Source of the DNA: Clostridia bacterium
GTDB taxonomy: Bacteria > Bacillota > Clostridia > TANB77 > CAG-508
DNA: 49,094 nt
Assembly (NCBI GenBank): GCA_017886645.1
Contig: JAGHJM010000068.1
Location: forward strand, 1 to 49,094
Direction: 5' to 3'
A program made the translations under genes and the position numbers. Below the pieces are notes generated by a model, which saw only the letters and a list, made by a program, of their open reading frames with translations, made no database searches and had not been told where the DNA came from. Below, piece by piece: positions 9,783 through 18,637 of the stretch (the stretch's first letter is position 1; each line of letters opens with the position of its first letter).

Positions 9783-10730
9783 ATGGAACAAAAGAAAATA
9801 GAAGAGTTAAACGGCTTTAGAGATATGAGAATAGTGGACAATTTTTATCAAACATCAAGTTTTTTTCCAATGCCAACAACAGAAATAGGAACACTAAGTG
9901 AGAATGGGCAAACTAATTTAGGATCATATTCTTTATGTTTTCCATACTATATTGCTGGAAAAGACTACTATGCTATGGTTCTTTGTTGTAGAAACAGCTC
10001 TAATACTGCAAAAAATATTTTAAGAACAGGAAAATGCTCTATAAATTTTATCCCAGATAAAAGAAAATATTTTAAAGAAGCAGTAAGGTTAGGATACCCA
10101 GGAGAAACGACGGAAGAAAAAATGAAAAATTGCATTTTCAATTTAGTGGATGGCAAAAGTGCAAGAGAAAATCCAGATGAAAAATTTCCACAAATAATAC
10201 AAGAAGCATTTCAAGTATTTGAATGTACATGGGTAAAAGAATTGGATAATGCACAAAATGATACTGTACAAGATGAATATTTACCTCCATATCATCAATT
10301 TAATGGAATTACAAGTGAACATGGTGCACATTTCATATTAAAAATTGACCATATATTAATGAAACCAAAATACTATAATGCTATTATAGATGGAGTTAAT
10401 CCAAATGTTTTTCCATCAGTACCTGTAGATTATGGATATAGGGATAACAAAAATTTTTGGTATACTAAATTTAGAAGACCAATAATGGAGCCAATACCAG
10501 CAAATAAGGGAATAAGTTTAGATACAGTTAAATACGCAGCATCAAGAATAGATACAGAAGTTAAATTTACAGATGAAGCTTGTGCAAAATTAGTAAAAGT
10601 TCCAAGAGTATTTTTAAATACTGTACTAAAAGGATGCGTATCTTGGGCAAAAGAAAATAATGTTACATTAATTACTGAAAAAGAAATGGATATTATACAA
10701 GATAAGAGAAATAAGGAAAAAGGAAAATAA
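9783..10730 (+). CDS. Flavin-reductase-like split-barrel protein with C-terminal PCP_red-like helical domain
   Basis: 'FFPMPT..IGTLSENGQTNLGSYSL','NTAKNILRTGKCSINF'; C-terminal 'FTDEACAKLVKVPRVF...AKENNVTLIT'. Confidence 0.6.
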   Translation: MEQKKIEELNGFRDMRIVDNFYQTSSFFPMPTTEIGTLSENGQTNLGSYSLCFPYYIAGKDYYAMVLCCRNSSNTAKNILRTGKCSINFIPDKRKYFKEAVRLGYPGETTEEKMKNCIFNLVDGKSARENPDEKFPQIIQEAFQVFECTWVKELDNAQNDTVQDEYLPPYHQFNGITSEHGAHFILKIDHILMKPKYYNAIIDGVNPNVFPSVPVDYGYRDNKNFWYTKFRRPIMEPIPANKGISLDTVKYAASRIDTEVKFTDEACAKLVKVPRVFLNTVLKGCVSWAKENNVTLITEKEMDIIQDKRNKEKGK

Positions 10731-10744
10731 AAGTTTAATATATA

Positions 10745-10788
10745 AAAATACACCAATTATTAAATATATTTAATAATTGGTGTATTTT
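10745..10788. terminator. Bidirectional terminator (44-bp perfect palindrome) between convergent genes
   Basis: AAAATACACCAATTATTAAATA|TATTTAATAATTGGTGTATTTT. Confidence 0.8.
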
Positions 10789-10796
10789 AAATCAAA

Positions 10797-11514
10797 TTAA
10801 ATTTTAGAAAAAACGTTACCTAAACTATCATTAATAACTATATTAGCAATGTTATCTAAAGATGTTGAATCTTTATTTATAAGGATTAAATTCCTTCCAG
10901 AAAAATATCTGATTAATCCACTAGCTGGGTATACAGTTAAAGATGTACCTCCAACAATAAGTGTATCACATGAAGATATAGCTTTTATTGATGAATAGTA
11001 TGTTGAATCATCTAAAGGTTCTTCATATAAAACAACATCAGGTTTTATTATACCGCCACAATTACAATAAGGAATGCCATTAGAATTAAAAATAAAATTA
11101 GCATAATAAAATTTTCCGACACTTTGTACAATAATTTCTTAAAACACTTCCATGTAATTCATAAACAATATTAGAGCCAGCTTTTTGATGAAGACCATCT
11201 ATATTTTGGGTAACTATAGCTTTTAACTTATTCTTTCTTTCAAGTTCTACAAGTTTATGGTGCGTGATATTAGGAGCATATTTTAATGAATTCATTTTCT
11301 CTTTATAAAATTTATAAAATTCTTCAGGATTTTCAATAAAAAAATGATGACTTAAAATTTCTTCAGGTGGAAATTTATATTTTTGATTATAAAGACCATC
11401 TTTACTGCGAAAATCAGGAATGCCACTTTCAGTAGAAACACCAGCTCCTCCAAAAAAAACAATATTATTACTATCTTCAATAATTTTTTTGAATAAATCT
11501 ATTTTTTCATTCAT
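10797..11514 (-). CDS. cobB: NAD-dependent protein deacylase (Sir2/CobB), about 238 aa, needing a +1 frame change at CGG-A (11118-11115)
   Basis: Frame 0 gives GAGVSTESGIPDFRS, TQNIDGLHQKAG, ELHGS, CTKC; the +1 frame continues GKFY...CNCGGIIKPDVVLYEE...GGTSLTVYPA...LINKD to TAA at 10797. Confidence 0.9.
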
Positions 11515-11536
11515 AATTAAAGTCCTTCCAGATAAA

Positions 11537-12247
11537 TTATTCTTTCCATCCATTAATGTTAGCTCTTTTTATTGCTCCTGTAATATTAGCCCTAATGGTA
11601 GGAATTTCTTTTTCAAAATTTATTATCATTTTTTTCATATCTTCTCTTTTAGAAACTCCATCCATAGGACAAACTTTAGGCATTACTTCTATATTATTTC
11701 TTTTAATAAATTTTCTAATTTCTTTTTCTGAAATATATATCATAGGTCTAATTAAAGTAATTTTAGACCTATCCATATAACTTATAGGAGCAAAAGTGTT
11801 TAAGTTTCCGGCATATAATAAATTTAAAAAGAAAGTTTCTAAAACATCGTCTTCATTATGACCTAATGCTATTTTATTACATCCTTCTCTTTGAGCTACA
11901 GAATTTAAAATTCCCCTACGAAGATTTGCACATAAAGAACATGGATTTTTTTCGTTACGAATATCAAATACAATTTCTTTAATGTGTGATTTTTCTTCAA
12001 TAAAAGGAATACCTATTTTTTCACAAGTGCTTTTTAAAAAATCAGAATCAAAAAAGTCAAAGCCAGGATTTATACTAGCACAAATCATATCAAACTTTTT
12101 AGGATAAAATCTTTGCAAAGCTTTTAAGCCCATAGCTAAAGTAATAGAGTCTTTTCCACCAGATAACCCTATTAAAATTTTGTCTCCTTCTTCTATCATA
12201 TTATATTTTTCTATTGCTTTCCTCATATAACTAAGAATTCTTTGCAT
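11537..12247 (-). CDS. ttcA: tRNA 2-thiocytidine(32) synthetase TtcA
   Basis: PP-loop SGGKDS, 'PCSLCANLRRG', 'ALGHNEDD', 'LIRPM', 'CPMDG'. Confidence 0.88.
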   Translation of the reverse strand: MQRILSYMRKAIEKYNMIEEGDKILIGLSGGKDSITLAMGLKALQRFYPKKFDMICASINPGFDFFDSDFLKSTCEKIGIPFIEEKSHIKEIVFDIRNEKNPCSLCANLRRGILNSVAQREGCNKIALGHNEDDVLETFFLNLLYAGNLNTFAPISYMDRSKITLIRPMIYISEKEIRKFIKRNNIEVMPKVCPMDGVSKREDMKKMIINFEKEIPTIRANITGAIKRANINGWKE

Positions 12248-12316
12248 ATTAAAACTCCTTAAAACTAATATAAATATTATAACATAATTGTCAACAGAAA
12301 AAGTATAATATGTGAA

Positions 12317-12466
12317 TTAATCAGAGTCTAAAGTTGAAATTGTGGCTAATGTGTCACCAAGTTGAGTAAAAAATGCAGCTAAAATATTAATTTCCTTTTG
12401 AGATTTTCCTTTTGCAATTGAACAAGCTAGTGCTGAAATAAAAGTAACAAATTCACAAGAAAACAT
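12317..12466 (-). CDS. Small conserved clostridial protein (DUF6774-like), 49 aa
   Basis: 'ISALACSIAKGKS..EINILAAFFTQLGDTLATI'; GGAGG SD before ATG 12466; CATATAAT sporulation-like -10 upstream. Confidence 0.7.
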   Translation of the reverse strand: MFSCEFVTFISALACSIAKGKSQKEINILAAFFTQLGDTLATISTLDSD

Positions 12467-12586
12467 AGTTAATATCCTCCAACTATAATTATATGAAATA
12501 ATAAACAATAAATAACGTTATTATATAGAGGGCTTGATAAATAATTAAAAATGTTATAATATATATATTATTAAAATAGAAAACAT

Positions 12587-12663
12587 GTGTCTATAGCTCA
12601 GTTGGATAGAGCACTCGCCTCCTAAGCGAGGGGTCGCAGGTTCAATTCCCGCTAGGCACACCA
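12587..12663 (+). tRNA. tRNA-Arg(CCT)
   Basis: Acceptor stem GTGTCTA/TAGGCAC, anticodon arm CTCGC-CTCCTAA-GCGAG, CCA end; one A-C mismatch in the T stem. Confidence 0.93.
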
Positions 12664-12688
12664 CTATTTTTATTTTTAAGAGGAAAAA

Positions 12689-13162
12689 ATGACAGAAAAA
12701 GAAAAATTTATGAAAGAAGCTTTAAAAGAAGCAAAAAGGGCATACGAAAAAGAAGAAATTCCAGTAGGAGCTGTTATTGTAAAAGATAATAAAATAATAG
12801 CAAGAGCATATAATCAAAAAGAAGAAAAAAGGGACACTACAAAACACGCAGAAATAATTGCAATACAAAAAGCAAGTAAAAAAATAGATGATTGGAGATT
12901 GCAAGATTGCGAAATGTATGTTACACTTGAGCCTTGCAGTATGTGTGCAGGAGCTATAATACAAGCAAGAATAAAAAAAATATATATAGGTACTATGGAT
13001 GAAAAAACAGGTGCATGCGGTTCTGTTCTAAATTTATTAGAAGACTATAAGTTTAACCATAAAGTTGAAATAGAAAAGGATATTTTAAAACCTGAATGTG
13101 AAGAAATTATAAAGCAATTTTTTAAAGAATTAAGAAAAAGCAAGGAAAGTAATAAAAAATAG
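12689..13162 (+). CDS. tadA: tRNA adenosine(34) deaminase TadA
   Basis: 'EIPVGAVIV','HAE','TLEPCSMCAGA','FFKELR'. Confidence 0.95.
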   Translation: MTEKEKFMKEALKEAKRAYEKEEIPVGAVIVKDNKIIARAYNQKEEKRDTTKHAEIIAIQKASKKIDDWRLQDCEMYVTLEPCSMCAGAIIQARIKKIYIGTMDEKTGACGSVLNLLEDYKFNHKVEIEKDILKPECEEIIKQFFKELRKSKESNKK

Positions 13163-13191
13163 AATTAAATAACAACAAGGTTAATATAATA

Positions 13192-13283
13192 GGAGTGGTA
13201 TCGAAGTGGTCATAACGAGGCTGATTCGAAATCAGTTAGCTGGGAAAACTGGCACGTGGGTTCGAATCCCACCCACTCCGCCA
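13192..13283 (+). tRNA. tRNA-Ser(CGA)
   Basis: Acceptor stem GGAGTGG/CCACTCC, anticodon loop TT-CGA-AA, long variable arm, GCCA end. Confidence 0.95.
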
Positions 13284-13303
13284 ATAGAAAAGAAAGGATA
13301 ATT

Positions 13304-14047
13304 ATGGATAACGAAAAAAGAAAGCAAACGATAAAATTTTGTATAGCAGTATCTGCATTAGCAATAATAGTACTTATTGTAATTAGCTTAATATTAAGGT
13401 ATCAAGTAGAAGGAGAAAAAAATTTACCATATACTCTTTCAAAAATTATTATGATAAGTACAGCAGAAGGCATTGATAAATCAGAAGAAGTAACAGAAAA
13501 ATGGGATTTAGATATATACCAAAATAACGATGTATATTTATATATAGACAAAAGTGAGACCAATCAAGGCGAAATGTTAGAAAAGGTAATTATAAATAAT
13601 GTACAAGTTACTCAATCTCCAAAGTTAGGAACAGTAAGACCTTATATGCCAAATAGTTCTGAAGGAAGTTTATATGATTATTCAGATAATTTTTTAGTAA
13701 ATTATGAATTAACATATACAGGAGCTTCAAAAACAAACCCAAAAACTTTAGAAATAGGAAGTGAAGGAGGAACAGCATACATAAGATTTAGCAATACTAA
13801 AATTGGAGAATATGAGTCTGATAAAGATACAGAAATTGTACATAATGGAACTTTATTAAATAAAATTAATGCAAAATTAGAGGATGTACAATTTAAAGTA
13901 TCATTTGATTTAACTATGGAAATAGACAAAAATAAATATAAAACAACTATTAATTTAGATATGCCAAATGGAAATATTATTGAAGAAGGAACAACAAATT
14001 TTGAAAAAACAGATATGTCAGATTTAATCTTTAAAAGAGTTAATTAA
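13304..14047 (+). CDS. Hypothetical protein with N-terminal membrane anchor
   Basis: AAAGGA SD before ATG 13304 (the ORF-track start lies inside the tRNA); single TM then a soluble domain. Confidence 0.75.
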   Translation: MDNEKRKQTIKFCIAVSALAIIVLIVISLILRYQVEGEKNLPYTLSKIIMISTAEGIDKSEEVTEKWDLDIYQNNDVYLYIDKSETNQGEMLEKVIINNVQVTQSPKLGTVRPYMPNSSEGSLYDYSDNFLVNYELTYTGASKTNPKTLEIGSEGGTAYIRFSNTKIGEYESDKDTEIVHNGTLLNKINAKLEDVQFKVSFDLTMEIDKNKYKTTINLDMPNGNIIEEGTTNFEKTDMSDLIFKRVN

Positions 14048-14050
14048 CAC

Positions 14051-14079
14051 TTGATAAAATAGTAAAAACATTATATAAT
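14051..14079 (+). promoter_or_regulatory. sigma-A promoter for SRP RNA/dnaX
   Basis: TTGATA-17 nt-TATAAT. Confidence 0.7.
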
Positions 14080-14082
14080 TTG

Positions 14083-14230
14083 ATGGTAGATAATGCCATA
14101 GTCACTGTATGGAGGGTAAACCCAACAGAAGCCTATGAACCTTGTCAGGTCCGGAAGGAAGCAGCAATAAGTAGATACTTTTGTGTGGGTATTATCTTCC
14201 ATAGAGTGACTATAGACAAAAATACCATCT
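14083..14230 (+). ncRNA. ffs: Signal recognition particle RNA
   Basis: Conserved domain IV TCAGGTCCGGAAGGAAGCAGC on a long imperfect hairpin (ATAGTCACT..ATGGA / TCCAT..AGTGACTAT); canonical position between tadA and dnaX; ends approximate. Confidence 0.92.
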
Positions 14231-14251
14231 TTTTTATAGGAGGGATATAAT

Positions 14252-15856
14252 TTGGCATATACTGCTTTATATAGAAAGTTTAGACCGTTAAGATTTGATG
14301 AAATGGTAGGACAAGATGCAATTACAAGAACATTAAAAAATCAAGTTATTGCAGGAAGAACAGGTCATGCTTATTTATTTAATGGAGGAAGAGGAACAGG
14401 AAAGACTAGTAGTGCAAAAATTTTAGCAAGAGCTGTTAATTGCCTAAATCCTCAAGATGGAGAACCATGTAATGAATGCGAAATTTGTAAAGCAGCTTTA
14501 GCGGGTTCATTAACTGATATAGTAGAAATGGATGCTGCATCTAATAATAGTGTTGATGATATACGTGCAATTAGGGATGAAGTAAATTTTTTACCAACAT
14601 TGGCTAAATATAGAGTGTATATTATAGACGAGGTACATATGCTATCAACAGGTGCCTTTAATGCTTTATTGAAAACATTAGAAGAACCACCAGAACATGT
14701 AAAATTTATTTTAGCTACAACAGAGCCACAAAAATTGCCTGCAACAATACTTTCAAGATGCCAAAGATTCGATTTTAAAAAGATTTCTAATGATGATATT
14801 GCTAAAAGACTAGAATATGTAGCAAAAGAAACTAACATTGAAATAACAGACGAAGCAATTAAACTAATTTCTATTTTGGCTGAAGGTGCAATGAGAGATG
14901 CTCTTAGCATACTAGAAAGATGCTTACAAGATGGAAATAACAAGATAGATATAGATTTAGTAAAAGATTTAGTTGGAATGCCAAAATTAGAATTTATATA
15001 TAAAATAGTTAAAGCAATTTTTGAATATAATGTAGAAGAAGCACTAAAAAGTTTAGAAGAAGTACTTAATCAAGGGAAAGATATAACAAATCTTGTATGG
15101 GAAATTATAAAATATATAAAAGATATACTTATATATAAAACAAGTGGAAATTTAGAGATATATAGTAAGACAGAATTAGAACAAATTAAGGAACTTTCGG
15201 AAAAAGTTTCAAAAGAAAGATTGCTAAAAATTATTTATGACTTATCAGAGTGCGAAAATGATATAAAATGGTCATCACAGAAAAGCTTAATGCTACAAGT
15301 AGAAATAATAAAATTAAGTTCTGAACAAACTAAGTCAAGTAGCACGGACTTAGAAGAAATAAATAATAGAATTTCTAAATTGGAAAATAAAATAGATAAC
15401 ATTAATGTGTCTGGGGCAAAAGTAGTCAATGAAGAGGATAAAAAAGAAAGTGAAAAGCCTATAAAAAAAGAAGAAAATAAACAACAAGAAAAGAAAAAGG
15501 TAGATACAGGTAAATTATCAAGTTTAGATTTTTGGCCTAAAGTAATAGAACAGTTAAAGCAATCTGGAAAAATTTTAGTTGCAACAAATCTACTTAATAC
15601 TAAGCTAATAGAAATTAATGATATGGTTATAGGAATTGTATTTACAAATGGACTTACTCCTTTTGTAAAAACAGTTATTGAAAAACCAGAAAATCATAAT
15701 GAATTAGTAAGACTTATTTCCACAGAATGTGGAAAAACAATGCAAGTAAAATTGTTAGATAGCGAAGATAATATAGTTAAAAAAAAGGTTGAAGAAATAG
15801 ATTTAGATAAAGCAACAAAAGATTTAGATATACCAATTAATATAATAGATGAATAA
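14252..15856 (+). CDS. dnaX: DNA polymerase III subunit gamma/tau
   Basis: 'ALYRKFRP','GRGTGKTS','DAASN','IIDEVHMLS','SRCQRF'; TTG start. Confidence 0.97.
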   Translation: MAYTALYRKFRPLRFDEMVGQDAITRTLKNQVIAGRTGHAYLFNGGRGTGKTSSAKILARAVNCLNPQDGEPCNECEICKAALAGSLTDIVEMDAASNNSVDDIRAIRDEVNFLPTLAKYRVYIIDEVHMLSTGAFNALLKTLEEPPEHVKFILATTEPQKLPATILSRCQRFDFKKISNDDIAKRLEYVAKETNIEITDEAIKLISILAEGAMRDALSILERCLQDGNNKIDIDLVKDLVGMPKLEFIYKIVKAIFEYNVEEALKSLEEVLNQGKDITNLVWEIIKYIKDILIYKTSGNLEIYSKTELEQIKELSEKVSKERLLKIIYDLSECENDIKWSSQKSLMLQVEIIKLSSEQTKSSSTDLEEINNRISKLENKIDNINVSGAKVVNEEDKKESEKPIKKEENKQQEKKKVDTGKLSSLDFWPKVIEQLKQSGKILVATNLLNTKLIEINDMVIGIVFTNGLTPFVKTVIEKPENHNELVRLISTECGKTMQVKLLDSEDNIVKKKVEEIDLDKATKDLDIPINIIDE

Positions 15857-15868
15857 GGAGGAAAATTT

Positions 15869-16207
15869 ATGTCAAAAAGAGGATTCCCAGGAATGGGGGG
15901 ATTTGGTGGAATGAACATCAATCAATTAATGAAAGAAGCTAAAAAAATGCAAGCAGATATGGAAAAATCTCAAGCAGAATTAGCAGAAAAGGAATTTGAA
16001 GCAACTGCTGGAGGTGGAGCTGTTAGTGTAAAAGTATCTGGTGCAAAAGAAATAAAGGAAATAAAAATACAAAAAGATGTAGTTGACCCAGATGATGTAG
16101 AAATGTTAGAAGACCTAATTTTAGGTTGCGTAAATGAGGCATTAAGAAAAGTCGATAGTGCAACTTCTGCAGAATTTGGAAAATATAATATACCAGGAAT
16201 GATGTAA
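15869..16207 (+). CDS. ybaB: YbaB/EbfC nucleoid-associated protein
   Basis: 'AGGGAVSV','VVDPDDVEMLEDLI'; dnaX-ybaB-recR synteny. Confidence 0.95.
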   Translation: MSKRGFPGMGGFGGMNINQLMKEAKKMQADMEKSQAELAEKEFEATAGGGAVSVKVSGAKEIKEIKIQKDVVDPDDVEMLEDLILGCVNEALRKVDSATSAEFGKYNIPGMM

Positions 16208-16269
16208 TATACACTTTAAGGGCGTAATAAATACGTCCTTAAATACTGCAATAAAGAGAGGGAAAAACA

Positions 16270-16869
16270 ATGTCATATTATTCACCATCAATAGAAAAAT
16301 TAATAGAAAGTTTTGAAAAATTACCAAGCATAGGAAATAAAACAGCAGCGAGACTTGCTTTTTATATTTTAGATGCGAGCGAACAAGAGACAAATGAATT
16401 TATAGAGGCAATACAAAATGCTAAGAAAAATCTAAAATACTGCTCAGTATGTTACAATATAACAGATACAGATCCATGTCCAATATGTGCAAATAAAAAT
16501 AGGGATCATTCTGTTATTTGCATAGTAGAAGATGTAAGAGATGTTGTTGCTATGGAAAAAACTCATGAATTTAAGGGACTATATCATGTACTACATGGTA
16601 GCATATCACCAATGAATGGTGTGGGCCCAGACGATATAAAAATAAAAGAATTATTAGCTAGACTTATGGATGGTCAAGTTAAAGAAGTAATACTTGCAAC
16701 AAACCCAAGAGTAGAAGGAGAAGCAACAGCAATGTATATATCTAAGTTAGTAAAACCACTTGGAATAAAAGTAACAAGAATAGCACATGGAATTCCTGTA
16801 GGAGGAGATTTAGAATATACTGACGAAGTAACATTAAGTAAAGCTCTAGAAGGAAGAAGAGAAATATAA
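16270..16869 (+). CDS. recR: Recombination protein RecR
   Basis: HhH '[14 protein letters not shown]', C4 zinc finger, Toprim '[14 protein letters not shown]'. Confidence 0.97.
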   Translation: MSYYSPSIEKLIESFEKLPSIGNKTAARLAFYILDASEQETNEFIEAIQNAKKNLKYCSVCYNITDTDPCPICANKNRDHSVICIVEDVRDVVAMEKTHEFKGLYHVLHGSISPMNGVGPDDIKIKELLARLMDGQVKEVILATNPRVEGEATAMYISKLVKPLGIKVTRIAHGIPVGGDLEYTDEVTLSKALEGRREI

Positions 16870-16909
16870 GGAAGGAGATATAGTATAAAATATACTATAT
16901 AAAAGTTCT

Positions 16910-18040
16910 ATGAAAAAAATATTAATTTTTTATGCTTCGTATGGAGGAGGACACTTATCAGCAGCTAAGTCTATAAAAGAATGTTTGGAAAATAACTATA
17001 CAGATATACAAATTGAAATGGTAGACTGTATAAGATATATAAATAAATTTTTGGACAAATTAACAACAGGTGCATATAAAAAAATGGCAAAAGATGCACC
17101 AAAGCTATGGGGAAAAGTTTATTCAAAATCTCAAAAAGGAATACTTTCTGGAATAAGTAAAGGGTCAAACAAATTAATGGCAAAAAAATTATATAAATTA
17201 ATAAAAAAAATAGATCCAGAAATAATTATTTCTACACACCCTTTTAGTACACAAATGGTAAGTTATTTGAAAAGAAAAAAATTATTAGAATGTAAATTAG
17301 CAACAATATTAACAGATTTTTCTATGCATACACAATGGCTAGTTGGAAATGAATATGGAGACTTATTTTTTGTATCAAATGATAAAATGCAAGAACAACT
17401 AGTAAAATATGGAGTAAAAAAAGAGAAAATACATGTAACAGGAATTCCTTTATCAAAAAGGTTTAAAGAAAAATTTGACAAAGAAAAAATTTATGAAATG
17501 TTTAATTTAGATAAAAATAAAAAAACAATACTTTTCTTCGGAGGGGGAGAGTTTGGATTAGGAAAAACAAGGACAATATTAATATTAAAATCCATAATAA
17601 AATACACTAAAGACTATCAAATAGTAGTCATATCTGGAAAAAATGAAAAATTAAAAAATCATTTTGAAGAATTAGTAAAAGAGGCACAAGCAGAAAAAAG
17701 AGTAAAAGTTTTAGGATATACTAATAACGTTCCAGAGTTAATGAGTATATCATATGTAGTGGTAACGAAACCAGGAGGACTTACAACAAGTGAGACTTTA
17801 GCATCAGGATTGCCTATGATTATTATCAATCCAATTCCCGGACAAGAAGAAGAAAACGCACAATTTTTAGAAGAAAGAGGAGCTGGTATTTGGATAAAGA
17901 AAAATGACAATATAGATGAGGTAATTGCAAATATATTTAATTCAGAAGAAAAAATAGAAAAACTAGCAGAAGGAGTAAAAAAAATATCTAAAAAACATTC
18001 AACAGAAGATATATGTAAAATAATAATGGAGAATTTATAA
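16910..18040 (+). CDS. ugtP: MGDG synthase/UgtP-like diacylglycerol glycosyltransferase (GT28)
   Basis: 'ASYGGGH','ISTHPF','TGIP','TKPGGLTTSE','PIPGQEEENA'. Confidence 0.88.
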   Translation: MKKILIFYASYGGGHLSAAKSIKECLENNYTDIQIEMVDCIRYINKFLDKLTTGAYKKMAKDAPKLWGKVYSKSQKGILSGISKGSNKLMAKKLYKLIKKIDPEIIISTHPFSTQMVSYLKRKKLLECKLATILTDFSMHTQWLVGNEYGDLFFVSNDKMQEQLVKYGVKKEKIHVTGIPLSKRFKEKFDKEKIYEMFNLDKNKKTILFFGGGEFGLGKTRTILILKSIIKYTKDYQIVVISGKNEKLKNHFEELVKEAQAEKRVKVLGYTNNVPELMSISYVVVTKPGGLTTSETLASGLPMIIINPIPGQEEENAQFLEERGAGIWIKKNDNIDEVIANIFNSEEKIEKLAEGVKKISKKHSTEDICKIIMENL

Positions 18041-18044
18041 ATTT

Positions 18045-18074
18045 AAAAATCGATTTTATAATCGATTTTTTTTT
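18045..18074 (+). terminator. Rho-independent terminator
   Basis: AAAAATCGATT/AATCGATTTTT stem plus long T run. Confidence 0.65.
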
Positions 18075-18085
18075 GCTAATTTTTA

Positions 18086-18114
18086 GAATAATAATAGAAA
18101 AAATACACAAAATA
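18086..18114 (+). promoter_or_regulatory. Putative forespore sigma-G promoter of sleB-ypeB
   Basis: GAATA-17 nt-CAAAATA; sleB-ypeB is sigma-G dependent in Bacillus. Confidence 0.55.
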
Positions 18115-18143
18115 AAAGTGAATATAAGTAAAAGGAGATTATT

Positions 18144-18623
18144 ATGATAAAGAAAATTTTAAAATGTATTCTAATTGTAATAGTTTTAATAATATTAATA
18201 ACATTGCTTATTAACTTACAGGAGAATTCAAAAGAAAAAACTATGGCATCATCGTCTTCTTCAAATACATCTGATGTTCAACTAATGGCAAGAGCAATTA
18301 ATGGAGAAGCGAGAGGAGAGCCTTATGAAGGGCAAGTTGCAGTAGGAGCAGTTATTTTAAATAGAGTAAAAGATTCAAGATTTCCAAATACTATAGCAGG
18401 AGTAATTTATCAATCTGGTGCTTTTACAGCAGTTTCAGATGGGCAGATTAATGTTCCGATAGAAGAAGGCTCAACAGTAGTAAAGGCAGCTCGAGATGCA
18501 TTAAATGGATGGGATCCAACGAATGGGGCAGTTTATTATTTTAATCCAGATACTGCTACAAGCGATTGGATTTGGTCTAGACCTCTTATTAAAACAATAG
18601 GAAAACACAGATTTTGTAAATAG
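18144..18623 (+). CDS. sleB: Spore cortex-lytic enzyme SleB-like (Hydrolase_2), no PG-binding domain
   Basis: 'LMARAINGEARGEPYEGQVAVGAVILNRV..FPNTI','GAVYYFNP','IGKHRF'; upstream of ypeB. Confidence 0.88.
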   Translation: MIKKILKCILIVIVLIILITLLINLQENSKEKTMASSSSSNTSDVQLMARAINGEARGEPYEGQVAVGAVILNRVKDSRFPNTIAGVIYQSGAFTAVSDGQINVPIEEGSTVVKAARDALNGWDPTNGAVYYFNPDTATSDWIWSRPLIKTIGKHRFCK

Positions 18624-18637
18624 TTTAATTAGAAAGG

